A stretch of DNA of 64,000 nt from Thelocarpon superellum (taxonomy: Eukaryota). The position numbers and the translations under genes are program-made. Location of the stretch: positions 1-64,000 of the forward strand of contig JAPEUG010000012.1 in the NCBI GenBank assembly GCA_026025795.1. Reading direction: 5' to 3'. The notes beneath the pieces are model-generated. The model did not search any database, had not been told where the DNA came from, and saw nothing but the letters and a program-made list of their open reading frames with translations. Within the stretch, counting starts at the first letter, position 1, and every line of letters begins with the position of its first letter. Positions 35,464 through 49,286 of the stretch are shown piece after piece.

Positions 35464-38400
35464 ATGTCCGAACATCCGCAAGGAGGTCACTACGAGGAGG
35501 GCTACGGCCATCCTCAGCAGGGGACCGACTCGTACTATCAGGATGAACACAATCAGGGCTACTACGATCAGCACCAGGAGTACCAGCAACCGCATGGCGG
35601 TGAAGGTTATTATGATGAATCGTACGTGGCCACACATCCTTGACGCTCGTCCATGACTGACATGTGCACAGCGGGTATTACAATGCCGACCCGAACAACC
35701 CCTATCACCAGGATGGCGGCTACTACGATGGCAACCAGCAGGGTGGTGGATATCAAGACGAATACTATAATGATCAATACTACGACCAAGGGGCGCCCGC
35801 TGCCGGCCAGCAACCTCAGTATGGTCAGGGCGGGTATGGACCGAAGGGGAAGCGCCGCGGGCACGACTCCGAGGAAGATTCAGAGACCTTTAGCGATTTC
35901 ACCATGAGGTCCGACATGGCCCGGGCCGCCGAATTGGACTATTACGGCCGTGGCGACGAGCGATACGCCGGCTACGAAGGCCAGGGTGGTGGCCGTGGCT
36001 ACCGTCCGCCCTCGTCTCAGATCTCTTACGGTGGCAACCGCTCGTCGGGGGCGTCGACGCCCATCTACGGCATGGACTACAACAACGTCTTGCCGGCAGG
36101 CCAACGCTCGCGCGAGCCCTACCCCGCTTGGACGTCCGATGCGCAGATTCCGCTGTCCAAGGAGGAGGTTGAGGACATCTTCATGGATCTCACAGCCAAG
36201 TTCGGGTTCCAACGCGACAGCATGCGCAACATGTACGATCACTTCATGACCCTCCTCGACTCGCGCGCCTCGCGCATGACGCCCAACCAGGCGCTCCTCT
36301 CACTGCACGCTGACTACATTGGCGGCGACAACGCCAACTACCGCAAGTGGTACTTCGCGGCCCACTTGGATCTTGACGATGCCGTCGGCTTCGCCAACAT
36401 GAAGCTGGGCAAGGCCAACCGTCGCACCCGCAAGGCCCGCAAGGCCGCGAAGAAGAAGGCGCAGCAGGACCCGCAAAACGAAGAGCAGACGCTGGAATCA
36501 CTCGAGGGCGACAACAGCCTCGAGGCGGCCGAGTATCGATGGAAGACGCGGATGAATCGCATGTCGCAGCACGACCGCGTCCGCCAGGTTGCCCTCTTCC
36601 TGCTCTGCTGGGGCGAGGCTAACCAGGTCCGTTTCATGCCCGAGCTGCTCTGCTTCATCTTCAAGTGCGCGGACGACTACCTCCAGACGCCCGAGTGCCA
36701 GAATCGCGTGGAGCCGGTGGAGGAGTTCACCTACCTGAACAACGTCATCACCCCGCTCTACCAGTATGTGCGCGACCAGGGCTACGAGATCCAGGACGGC
36801 AAGTACGTGCGTCGCGAGAAGGATCATCAGCATCTGATCGGCTACGACGACATCAATCAGCTCTTCTGGTACCCTGAGGGCATTGAACTCATCGTCATGG
36901 ATGACAAGACGCGTCTCGTGGACCTGCCACCTGCGCAGCGCTTCCTGAAGCTCAAGGACGTGGTGTGGAAGAAAGTGTTCTTCAAGACCTACAAGGAGAC
37001 GCGCTCCTGGTTCCACATGCTCGTCAACTTCAACCGCATCTGGGTCATCCACGTCACCATGTTCTGGTTCTACACCGCCTTCAACTCGCCCACGCTGTAC
37101 ACCAAGAACTATCAGCAGCAGCTCAACAACCAGCCCACCGCGCCCGCCCGTTGGTCCGCCGTCGCTCTCGGCGGCACCGTCGCGTCGCTCATCATGATCT
37201 TCGCCTCCATCGTCGAGTGGGCCTACGTGCCGCGCCGGTGGGCCGGCGCCCAGCATCTGACCAAGCGCCTCTTCTTCCTGCTCGGCATCTTCGCCGTCAA
37301 CATCGGCCCGAGTGTTTACATCTTTGGCGTCTCGGGTGCGCAGGATGGCCAGATTGGCCTGACCCTTGGCATCGTCCAGTTCTTCGTCGCCCTGGCTACC
37401 TTCTTCTTCTTCTCTATCATGCCCATCGGCGGCCTCTTCGGCAGCTACATGACCAAGAAGTCGCGGCAGTATGTCGCCAGCCAGACGTTCACGGCCAGTT
37501 ATCCGCGGCTCCAAGGTAACGACATGTGGATGTCCTTCGGCCTCTGGACCCTCGTCTTCCTGGGCAAGTTCGTCGAATCTTACTTCTTCCTGACGTTGAC
37601 CTTCCGTGACCCCATCCGCGTGCTGTCGACCATGGTGATCAGGGAGTGCGTGGGCGACGCCATCGTCGGACCGAAGTTGTGCCACTATCAGCCTCGGATC
37701 CTGCTCGGCCTCATGTTCTTCACCGACTTGATCCTCTTCTTCCTGGACTCCTACCTTTGGTACGTCATCTGGAACACCATCTTCTCCGTCGCGCGCTCCT
37801 TCTACCTGGGTGTCTCCATCTGGACGCCGTGGCGCAACATCTTCTCGCGCTTGCCGAAGCGAATCTACTCCAAGATCCTGGCGACGACCGACATGGAGAT
37901 CAAGTACAAGCCCAAGGTGCTCATCTCGCAGATCTGGAATGCCATCGTCATCTCCATGTACCGCGAGCACCTACTCGCCATCGACCACGTCCAGCGCTTG
38001 CTGTACCACCAGGTGCCGTCGGAGCAGGAGGGCAAGCGCACGCTTCGCGCGCCGACCTTCTTCGTCTCGCAGGAGGACCAGTCCTTCAAGACCGAGTTCT
38101 TCCCGTCGCAGAGCGAGGCCGAGCGTCGCATCTCCTTCTTCGCCCAATCGCTGTCCACGCCGATCCCGGAGCCGCTGCCGGTGGACAACATGCCCACCTT
38201 CACCGTGCTCATCCCCCACTACGCCGAGAAGATCCTGCTGTCGCTGCGCGAGATCATCCGCGAGGATGAGCCTTACTCCCGTGTGACGCTGCTGGAGTAC
38301 CTGAAGCAGCTGCACCCGCACGAGTGGGACTGCTTCGTCAAGGACACCAAGATCCTGGCGGATGAGACCTCGCAGTTCAACGGCGAGTACGAGAAGAGCG

Positions 38401-41389
38401 AGAAGGACACGGTCAAGAGCAAGATCGACGATCTGCCCTTCTACTGCATCGGTTTCAAGTCGGCCGCCCCCGAATACACGCTCCGCACCCGTATCTGGGC
38501 GTCGCTGCGATCGCAGACGCTCTACCGCACCATCTCGGGCTTCATGAATTACAGCCGCGCGATCAAGCTCCTGTACCGTGTCGAGAACCCTGAGGTGGTG
38601 CAGATGTTCGGTGGCAACTCGGATAAACTCGAGCGCGAGCTCGAGCGCATGGCGCGCCGCAAGTTCAAGATCGTCGTGTCGATGCAACGCTACGCCAAGT
38701 TCAACAAGGAGGAGCGTGAGAACACGGAGTTCTTACTGCGCGCCTACCCCGACCTGCAGATTGCTTACCTGGACGAGGAGTCGCCGCTCAACGAGGGCGA
38801 CGAGCCGCGTCTGTACTCGGCCCTGATCGACGGACACTCGGAGCTGATGGAGAACGGCATGCGTCGGCCCAAGTTCCGGGTGCAGCTCTCCGGCAACCCG
38901 ATTCTGGGCGACGGCAAGTCGGACAACCAGAACCACTCGATCATCTTCTACCGCGGCGAGTACATCCAGCTCATCGACGCCAATCAGGACAATTACCTCG
39001 AGGAGTGCCTCAAGATCCGCAGCGTGCTCGCCGAGTTTGAGGAGATGACAACCGACAACGTCTCGCCGTACACGCCTGGCCTGCCCTCGGTCAAGGACAA
39101 CCCCGTGGCCATCTTGGGTGCGCGCGAATACATCTTCTCGGAGAACATTGGCATCCTCGGTGACGTGGCGGCGGGCAAGGAACAGACGTTCGGCACGCTC
39201 TTTGCGCGCACGCTGGCGCAGATCGGAGGCAAGTTGCATTACGGACATCCTGACTTCCTCAACGGTATCTTCATGACGACGCGTGGTGGGGTGTCCAAGG
39301 CGCAGAAAGGCCTCCATCTCAACGAGGACATCTACGCCGGCATGACGGCCATCCTGCGCGGCGGGCGGATCAAGCATTGCGAGTACTACCAATGCGGCAA
39401 GGGCCGTGATCTTGGCTTCGGCTCCATTCTCAACTTCACGACTAAGATCGGCACGGGCATGGGCGAGCAGATGCTGTCGCGCGAGTACTACTACCTAGGC
39501 ACGCAGCTACCGCTGGACCGCTTCCTGTCCTTCTACTACGCGCATCCGGGCTTCCACATCAACAATTTGTTCATCATCCTGTCGGTGCAACTGTTCATGA
39601 TCTGCCTCATCAACCTGGGCGCGCTCGCGCACGAGACCATCATCTGTTTCTATGACCAGAACGTGCCCATCACGGATCCGGAGAAGCCGACGGGCTGTGC
39701 CAACCTGGTGCCCATCTTCGGCTGGGTGCAGCGCTGCATCGTGTCCATCTTCATCGTCTTCTTCATCTCCTTTGTGCCGCTCGTGGTGCAGGAGCTGACG
39801 GAGCGTGGCTTCTGGCGCGCGGCGACGCGGTTGGCCAAGCACTTTGTGTCGCTGTCGCTCATGTTCGAGGTGTTTGTGTGCCAGATCTACGCCAACTCGC
39901 TGCACCAGGACCTGTCGTTCGGCGGCGCGCGTTACATCGCCACAGGCCGTGGCTTCGCCACGGCGCGCATCCCCTTTGGTGTGCTGTACTCGCGCTTCGC
40001 GGGCCCGTCCATCTACCTCGGCGCGCGCTCGCTGCTGATGCTGCTCTTTGGCACGCTGACGGTGCCGGTGGGCTGGCTGGCGTACTTCTGGGTGTCGCTG
40101 CTGGCGCTGTGCATCTCGCCCTTCCTCTTCAACCCGCACCAATTCTCGTGGAACGACTTCTTCATCGACTACCGTGACTTCCTGCGCTGGCTGTCGCGCG
40201 GCAACTCCCGCTCGCACATGTCGTCGTGGATCGCATACTGCCGGCTCTCGCGGACGCGCATCACGGGCTACAAGCGCAAGGTGCTCGGGGACCCCTCGTC
40301 GAAGCTGTCAGGCGACGCCCCGCGCGCGCACTTCACCAACATCTTCTTCAGCGAGATTGTCGGGCCCCTTGTGCTGGTGCTGGTGACGTTGGTCCCTTAT
40401 CTGTTCATCAACGCGCAGACGGGCGTGGACCAGAAGAAATTCAATCCCACGGCGACCAATTCGCTCATCCGAGTGGGCGTCGTGGCCCTGGCGCCCATCG
40501 CCATCAACGCCGGTGTGCTGGCGGGCCTGTTCGGGATGGCGTGCTGCATGGGCCCCATCCTCAGCATGTGCTGCAAGAAGTTCGGCTCGGTGCTGGCGGC
40601 GGTGGCGCACGGCGTGGCCGTGGTGATGCTCCTGGTCTTCTTCGAGGTCATGTTCTTCCTCGAGGGCTTCAACTTCTCGCGAACCCTGCTGGGCATGATC
40701 GCGGCGGCGGCGATCCAACGCTTCGTGTTCAAGCTTATCATCGGTCTGGCGCTCACGCGTGAGTTCAAGAGCGACCAGTCGAACATTGCGTGGTGGACGG
40801 GTAAGTGGTACGCCATGGGCTGGCACTCCTTCTCGCAACCGGGCCGCGAGTTCCTTTGCAAGATCACGGAGCTGGGCATGTTCGCGGCCGACTTCGTCCT
40901 CGGGCACGTGCTACTCTTCATCATGCTCCCGCTCATCCTCGTCCCTTACGCGGACAAGCTCCACTCGATCATGCTCTTTTGGCTGCGGCCGAGGTACGTG
41001 TGTGATGTCATGACTGCGTCGAGACCCCTGGGACTAATGCGGGTGATAGTCGACAAATCCGTCCGCCAATTTATTCGCTCAAGCAGTCGAAGCTGCGGAA
41101 GCGACGGGTCATCCGGTTCGCGATCCTGTACTTCCTCATGCTGGTGCTCTTCCTGGCGCTCATCGTCGGGCCGATCGTGGCGGGCCGCTTCGTGCCGAAG
41201 ATCAGCCTGCCCATGAAGCTGGCGCAGCCGACGGGCCAGAACAACAACGACACGAGCAACTCGCAGACGGGCACAGCGCTCAACGGGGCTGGTGCGGGCA
41301 CGGCGACGACCGGGTCGCCGGGCTCGGCCGCGGCCACGAAAGCGGCTCAGCCGAAGACGACGGCCAACATCTTCGATCCCAATTCGTGA
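35464..41389 (+). CDS. FKS1: 1,3-beta-glucan synthase catalytic subunit (GT48); introns 35622-35671 and 40994-41049
   Basis: [71 protein letters not shown]. Confidence 0.98.
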
Positions 41390-42096
41390 GCGTTCCGTGG
41401 GTGCCTTTCGGCGCCGGCATTAATTCTCGTGCTCTGTCTCATGTCTTTCACTTTGTGTTCCTTTCCATGCCCTTCCGGGACGTTCGAGGTAGTGATGTGC
41501 AATAGACTTTCAACTGGCTGCTGCTCCCGGTGTTCGCCTTTCTTCTCTTTGCTCGGCCGTGCATGGTGGCAGTGTGGGAGGTCGCCCGGGTCCGCGGGGT
41601 CGATCCGGATCGGCGGCGCGGGCCCGACGACGAGACGACGGAGCAGGGTTGCGCTTCCTTCTCGTGACCTCGTTGATCTTATTACCATGATTTTGATCCT
41701 GTACATTGTGCCGCGCATAGTAGATTGCATTCGATCCCTGCCACAGATGCCTGCTCCTCCGAGCCCGCGGTAGCGTGATGAACGTGACGTAGCTGCCTTG
41801 CATGCGTAGAGAGGCTGTCGCGGTCATGGAGGGCTCCGCTCGAGCAGTGGAACCAGACACGACGAGACCGGAGATGACGCGGGACAACGGCACGTGACGA
41901 GCCTCCTAACACGCGTGGTTCGGGTACGGCGGACGCGACGGACGATGGTGCGGGTGCCCTCCGGATCGTCAGTCGTCGATCGTGATCTTGTGTCATCGAT
42001 GACGGACCGCTACCTGTCGGTCGCCGCTCTGCCTCAACATCGTTGAGTTTGCACATCGCTGTCGCCACAGTCTCGGGGTGGCCCTCCTTCGCGGCC

Positions 42097-43829
42097 ATGG
42101 ACATCCACGATGTCCAGGACGTGGCCCTCAAGTATCTGAACGAGGTGGCGGTACAATTCCAGAAGGTGCCGGGATCCGCCATCTTGCTGCGCTACGTCAA
42201 GTCCAGCTATCAGAATGACCCCGTCCGCTCCGCCGTCGAGTTGTTCCTGTTCCTCTTCTTCGTCCGCTATCTGCTCGCGCCCAGCTACTCGACGCAAAAG
42301 TACAACTACGTCACCTTGTCCGAGGAGGTAATGCCCCGTCCTGGTCTCTCATCTCTCGCCCCTTTCCCCTTTCTTCTCGCTCTGGTCCACCTCCCCCCGT
42401 CTCCCGGCGCCCGATCTACCCGAGGCCGTGCTGATGGTGTGCCTGCAGGAGGTTGATGAGCTCGTGGAAGACTGGACACCGGAGCCGCTAGTGGCGCCCC
42501 AGACGGCCTTTGAGGAGGCGGAGCTGGAGAAGCGGCCGGTGATCGTGGGTCAGACGGGCCCCAAGACCAAGCTCTCCAACGGCCGCACCGTGACAAACCT
42601 GGCCTCGTACAACTTCTACAACTTCGTGGCCAACGAGACGCTCAAGGAGAAGGCTATCCAGACGCTGCGCCAATATGGCGTCGGGCCATGTGGGCCGCCG
42701 GGCTTTTATGGGACACAGGACGTCCACATGAAGACGGAGGCCGACATTGCGGCCTGCCTGGGCATGCCGGCCTGTATCGTGTACGCTCAGGCGATGTCGA
42801 CCATCTCGAGCGTCATCCCGGCCTTTTCCAAGCGCGGCGACATCATCGTTGCCGACAAGGCCGTCAACTACGCCATCCGCAAGGGCCTCCAGATTTCGCG
42901 AAGCACGGTGCGCTGGTACGAGCACAATGACATGGACGACCTGGAGCGCACGCTGGGGCGCGTGACCAAGGAGCAGGCGGGGAAGCCGCTGAAGCGACGC
43001 TTCATCGTAACGGAGGGCATCTCGGAGAACGTGGGGGACGTGGTGGATCTGCCGCGACTGATCGAGCTCAAGTACCGCTACAAGTTCCGGCTGATCCTCG
43101 ACGAGACCTGGTCCTTTGGTGTCCTGGGTCGGACCGGGCGCGGCATCACGGAGCAGCAAAACGTCGACGCGGCCGAGGTGGACATGATCGTGGGCTCGCT
43201 GGCCGGGCCGCTGTGCGCCGGCGGCGGCTTTTGCGCCGGCTCCGACGAGATTGTGGAGCATCAACGCATCTCCGCCACGGCCTACACCTTCTCCGCGGCG
43301 CTGCCGGCCATGCTGGCCACGACGGCGAGCGAGACGCTGGAGCTGATGCAGTCGTCGCCCGAGACCCTGAGCCAGCTCCGCGAGCAGATCAAGACGATGC
43401 GGGCCCAGCTCGATCCGCGGAGCGACTGGGTCTACTGCAGCAGCTCGCCCGACAACCCCATCATGCTCCTGGTCTTGAAGCCCGAGGTCGTGTCCTCACG
43501 TGCACTGAGCAACGAGGAGCAGGAACGACTCTTACAAGAGGCCGTCGACGAGGTATGTCACTCCCCCGTCATCCGCATCCACGCCCTTGTCGCTCTCGTT
43601 CCGCGTCCCTGATGGCGACTGACCATCTGGCGCATAGAGCTTGGCCAATGGGGTGCTCATCACCCGTTCGCATCGCATGTCGTCCGACGTGACGGCCAAA
43701 GACATCCCATGGCAGGCCCCGCCGGCGCTCAAGGTCTGTGTCACCACCGGGCTAAGTCGCAAGGAGACGGAGAAGGCGGGCATCACGATCCGCCATGCCA
43801 TCACCAAGGTCATGACCAAGCGACGGTGA
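42097..43829 (+). CDS. LCB1: Serine palmitoyltransferase subunit Lcb1, 3 exons
   Basis: YVKSSYQNDPVRS, WTPEPLV, NLASYNFY, YGVGPCGPPGFYGTQDVH, LILDETWSFGVLG, YTFSAALP. Confidence 0.95.
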
Positions 43830-46508
43830 CGGGGCTCGAGATCAAAACCCGCTGAGTCGCAGTCCTACCGCTGCGCCCAATCCCCTCACCCGGTCATGCA
43901 GGCCGAGCATCCCGAGGAACCGTTGAGATGTCCCCCTGTACATGAGGCCCTTGCTACGCTGCCAGGTGCCCGAGAGACGGCAATAGCGTGAGATTAGGGA
44001 TGGGATGCATGACTTAAGCATTCTTTTTCGTCGCATACGTGACGTGTGTTAATATTGGTCTAACAGGAGCATAATAATCTTAAATCATCGTAATCATTGC
44101 CTGCATCGACGTCATCACAAGCAACGCCGAACGGAGGCCCGACCCGAACCCGACTCCGACCCCGCAAGTCGGACGACGGTGACCGGGTCCATTGAAGCAG
44201 GTCTGGCCCCGTCGTATCCCTGACGACTGCGAGGACGGCTCTATCTACCTGGGCAACACGAGCATCGCTCCGCGGTGGCGTCTGGTCGTGCTGGGCATGT
44301 GCAGGCATGTGGGCGTCGACCGCAGGCGTCCATGCCCCGCACTGACCCTCTTGTTGTTGTGGTGACCTTATCGACCGCTCCATGAAGCACCCGAGCCGGG
44401 AGCAGCGAGACCTGTGTCCTGCCCCGCCGGGAGGATCCGCCTCGATCAAATCACCGCGATGGCGAGGCGAGTACGAGGACGAAGATGCGTCGTCGTACCA
44501 GACGTCCTTGCGGCGCTGGCCACGTCCTCGAATCCCCACGTCGGTTCGTCTCTTACCGACCCCGTGGTTGGCGGGGTGGCCTCTAGGCATGAACGCCCCC
44601 AGTGACTTCTCCGCCGCCAAGTCATGCCCGCGCACCCGAGGTGCCTGAAGTTTGGCGACGGTTTTACGTCTGTCATCCGCGACCCCACGTCACCATGTCT
44701 AGCCATTCTCCATCAGAATTAGGGCCTCTCCGGCGAGCGTTCAGGTGGGCAGCGCGCGGCTGTTGCATCACCGCCAAGCAGGTGACGGGGCCTCCAATCA
44801 GGATCGCCGGCCTATCCGGGTGTGTAATCGATTGCTCGATTATTCGACGTGGGGCTGGTTTGCGATCGCCCCGTGGTCCTTCGAACCCTACTTGCGGGCG
44901 CACATGGCTTTGCCCTGCGATACGTTTACAAGTAATTTACGATCCTCGGGTGGTGCTCGTGCAAGTCCTTCGCCACTCGTGGCCGTGGTCGAGGGCGACG
45001 GGGTTTGCTGATCCAGCCGGGGGACGCACGCGGAGAAAGTTTGGTCGTTGATCTGACTCGTTACGGTCTGGCACACGCCCCTGGTCTTCCATGCGCGTTC
45101 CGACGGCTCAGGGGCGCTGGGCCAATGGCGGGCCATGTGGACCTGACGGATAGCGTTCAGGTTCCTGACTACGTATGACCGCTAGAGCCCGTTCTGGCAA
45201 CGCGGTCGCCTAGGTGCTGAACCCATTGGCCCACGCGTAGTCATTACCGAGATTGCCTCGCTCGTAGCGCGATGTGCTCGTTCGTGATACGCTCTCGCAA
45301 CACAAACATCACTGAGGCAGGGCCTGTTCCTCCTGCCCCGGCTGGGCAAGGTCACCGCCCCCCGTAAATTGCCCCGACCGGAACCCCTGTGATCCCCCGT
45401 CCCCCATCCCTCATCCCTCGCCCGCAACGGACGGTCTGAGAACCAGCAGGGTCCGGCTTGCGTATTATGCCCCGACGAGCGGAATCCCCGTTGTGCGGTT
45501 GGTCAGCGGTGGGGCGTGGGCCGGATTGCTTGCCCAGCGCCTGTGCTCGTACTCGTACAGGCACAGGCGCCGCCCCAACGTGCGCGCAACCAGTAGGCGT
45601 CAGCGTTAGCAGAGCAACTCATTTCCACTTTAAGCCTTCATCCGCCCATGAAGCCAGCTGGTCGACGCGATCGCTTGACCGGCGCCCCAGTAGTCCCGGC
45701 CGCATGCGCAACCATCATAGCAAACGTCGCCCACTACCGATCCCCCGACGACGGACGACGGACGGGCAACGGTACGAGTACCTTTCCGCTACTCGTGCCA
45801 TGCTCGCGCGGCCTCCCTTTTTGCCTTCACCCACCACCACCACCCACGATCGCCGTGCGCCGTGCGCTGTAGGCTGACCCGCTCACTTCGCTCTCCAGTG
45901 CTCTAGCCCACCGTCGTATTCCACCTCTTACTCTTTCCACCTACTTGTCTCTTCGGTGTCGCCGTCGCTCCTTCACACGCTCCTTGACTCGTCGCCGCAT
46001 CGCAATCCCCGGTCCTCGGCTTCTGCTCCGAAGCCTCCTCCCCGCCTCATCGTCTGTGTACAGTGTCTCTCGGGATTGCTCGCACACCCACATTCCTTTC
46101 TCTCCTGTGTGTCTCGTACGACTTCGGACCGGACTGCGTCGTCCGCCTCGACCTCCCTCCCGCTCTCGACACCGAGCATCTTGCCCGAGGCCATTGCTCG
46201 TGCTCCGACGCCGTTCGCTCGCGCGCCATCCGCTCCTTATTGCCCTTCCGACCGCACCGCATTCCGGGCTTCGTCGTTGATCCGATCGACCGGTTGTTGA
46301 CCGACACGTCCATGTTCACACCGTCATCCACTCCTTTGTGACGCTCCGTTTCCCTTGAAGAAGTCGCTGGTCCCCGTACGTGCACTGCCTCCCGCTCCTC
46401 GGCCGCTCCGCCGCGACGAGACGAGCTGCGAGCCCACCGACTAACCCAGCGCGATAGACAGGACCCATTGCTCCCCGACATTCCCTTGTCCCAGACTGAG
46501 TCTGCATC

Positions 46509-47713
46509 ATGAAGACGACTTTGCTTTCCGCCGTCGCGCTTGCGATCCTCCAAGTGGCCGCTGGGCAGCCCCATGGTACGTGACATGCCGGTGGCGATTC
46601 GCGTCCGGCCACGGTGGCGGCTGACGTACGTGTGCAGGCAAAGGTCACCGCCATGCGCGACGTGACGCTGTCACCCACATTGAGGTGATTGAAGGACCCG
46701 ACGTGATCGTCGTGGTCGACCAGTACGACCAAGCCATCACGACCGAGACGGCCTGGAACGCTGCCAGCACCATTGTCTCCCTGCCGCCGTCGTCATCATC
46801 GACCCCACCGCCGGCGTCTTCCCCACCGGCGAAACCCTCGCCGCCCTCTGATGCCGGTGCGGTCGACGCCGTCAAGGCTGCGGCCGTGTCGTCGGAGGCT
46901 CCTTCGTCCACGTCCGTGGCGTCCTCAGCCGCACCATCGGCGACGAGCGAGCCTAGCGTGGCGGGCAATGGCCTGACGTGGAGCGAGTACAACGCCGACA
47001 GCAGCTGCAAGAGCCAGTCCCAAGCCGAGGCGGACTTTGCCAAGATCCCCGACAGCTTCAAGCTGGTGCGCATCTACCGCAGCGACTGTGGCGGTCTGGC
47101 CAATGTGCTCCCCATCGCCAAGCAGCGCGGGATGAAGATTATGATCGGCGTGTGGGACCTCTCGGCCGTGAGCTCGGAGATTTCCACCATCACGTCGGCG
47201 GTGGGCACGGACTGGGACGTCATCGACACGGTGTCGATTGGCAACGAGATGGGTGGGGCCGCCCCCGGCCACATCGCCGCCGCCAAAAGCCAGCTCCGCG
47301 CGTCGGGCTACAACGGCCCGGTGGTGTCCGTGGACACCATCGGGGCGATGCAAGCCAATCCCAGCATCTGCCAGGAGTCGGACTACATCGCGGCCAATTG
47401 CCATCCCTACTTCGACGGCCACACGGAGCCCAGCGCGTCCGGGGACTTCCTCAACTCGCAGATCGCACTGGTCAAGCAAGTATGCCCGGGCAAGAAGGTG
47501 GTCATCACCGAAACGGGCTGGCCGACGCAAGGCGACTCCAACGGCGTGGCCGTGCCCTCGACCTCCAACCAAGCCACTGTCATGTCCACCATCCAAGCCG
47601 CCTTTGCCGACGACCCCGCCTCCATCATCTTCCTGAGCTCCTTTGACGATGAGTGGAAGGCCCCTGGCCCCTGGCAAGTGGAGCAGCACTGGGGCTTCCT
47701 TCACAGCGAATGA
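46509..47713 (+). CDS. Secreted GH17 cell-wall glucanase/transglucosylase (Scw4/Scw11/BtgE-like), 2 exons
   Basis: Signal MKTTLLSAVALAILQVAAG, Ser/Pro linker, VRIY..DC, VSIGNE, ANCHPYFD, VITETGWP, FDDEWK. Confidence 0.88.
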
Positions 47714-47784
47714 AGAAGGAGGTGGAGGAAACGGAGGAGGAGGGAGGAAGAGAACGCAGAAGGAGAAGAAAAGCGAACGGGGTC

Positions 47785-47822
47785 TGAGGTTTGAGGCTTG
47801 AGGCTTGAGGCTTGAGGCTTGA
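47785..47822. repeat. 7-bp tandem repeat (TGAGGCT)x~5
   Basis: tgaggtttgaggcttgaggcttgaggcttgaggcttga just downstream of the GH17 stop. Confidence 0.8.
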
Positions 47823-49286
47823 CGTAATGTATATAATCCGTTGTCGACGGTTGTCGATGTTTGGTGACGGTGATTGTGGTGGTGGTGTTGTGCGTTTCTT
47901 TTGGTTTTATCCCCTCCCCGTGTCTCTTCCTGTCCGCCCGCTGGCCCGACCCCCTACCACGTCCGGCCCGGCCTGTCCGGTCGTCGAGGTATCCCCCTCT
48001 CGTCGTCATGGACGGGCGCGCGTCGCTCTACCTCTTCTCCCCGACCACCCTCTTCTGTGTGGATACAACCTTCTTACCATTTACACCTTTGACCTATCCG
48101 TCATCTACCATGCCTGCCAGACTACAATCCGTATGCTTCGACTCGACGAGCCCGGCGACGTCTGCTTGTGTGCTCCTCATACTCACCCGTGGTGAGCTAC
48201 CAGCTAGGCGTAGGTTAGCAGCGTGGTGTTTGCTGGTCGTACGTCTCCTATCTGCGCACCACGAGTCGCGGTGCGACCGGCAAATACCAAGGCAAGGGGA
48301 CAAGTATGAGTATGGGAGCCTCCGCGTCTGGCGAGATGGACTCACCATGGTACTGACTGGTTCGTGTGACGGTTCGCGACTCATTCGCCTGCTGGAGAGG
48401 GGGTCGTACGTTCTTGTTCAGAGGTCGTAGGTGGTAGCCGCCTGCCGGTAATGAGCACCGCATACTTCCCCAACTGAAATGGACCAAATGGGCATACCGA
48501 CGATCGTTGCCCGTACTCACCGCCACACAAACTTTATCATCTATGGGCCGCATGAGGAGTCGTCATGTTGGAGATATGCACTCTGATCACATTGATGCAA
48601 AGCAAGGTGCCAGGAGCGATCCGCATGTCGTTCTGTGGAATGGCTGCTCGCCAGCTCGTCAGGTCTAGATCTGCAAACGGGTAGGAGGATATCTTGACTT
48701 AAGATGACGAGTACTCGCATAAGCTTTGCTTTGCCGATCGCGCTCCAAGTATCCGCCGGCAAACCATCAAACATGTGGAGGTATGCGTTGTGGCTGTCCA
48801 CGGGGCAAGCATGAAAAGATGGGCACAGTGTTTGTGTCAAGGATCGCTTGCAAGAGCAGTCATTACTTATGGCCTCGAATGTGCATTGACGCTTTGAGTA
48901 GCTGTCCGCCAAGTATATGGTCTTCTATATAGGACCCTTTGTGCATTCGACTATGGTCTGTTGGCGTTCAAACGCGAATCGTCGCCAAGCTGGTGAAAAG
49001 TTTCGTCTTGGTGCAATGTATGATGATTGATCACGCTTGATCGCCGTCGAGCTGCTTCTCTACGCACAACACGGACAAAGTGCCAAGGCATCCACTACCA
49101 GTATTGGGGTCGTATCAACAACATGCAATGCGTGATTATTGGCCTAGGCATTCCTGCCAAGCCGAGTAGTTTTGCTGGACACTGAACAGAAGAACACGTC
49201 CCGGCCCTTTGATTGACCCTCTGCAGAGCATCGACATAAAGTGTAGAAGACATCGCACGGTCCGACTGACTCGACATCTGTTCATC

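Noticed and set aside
36498..40936. Several long antisense ORFs (up to 490 aa) within FKS1, and 30281-31816 opposite the GH72 gene
   Set aside because: Expected artefact of high GC3 codon bias in the real sense genes
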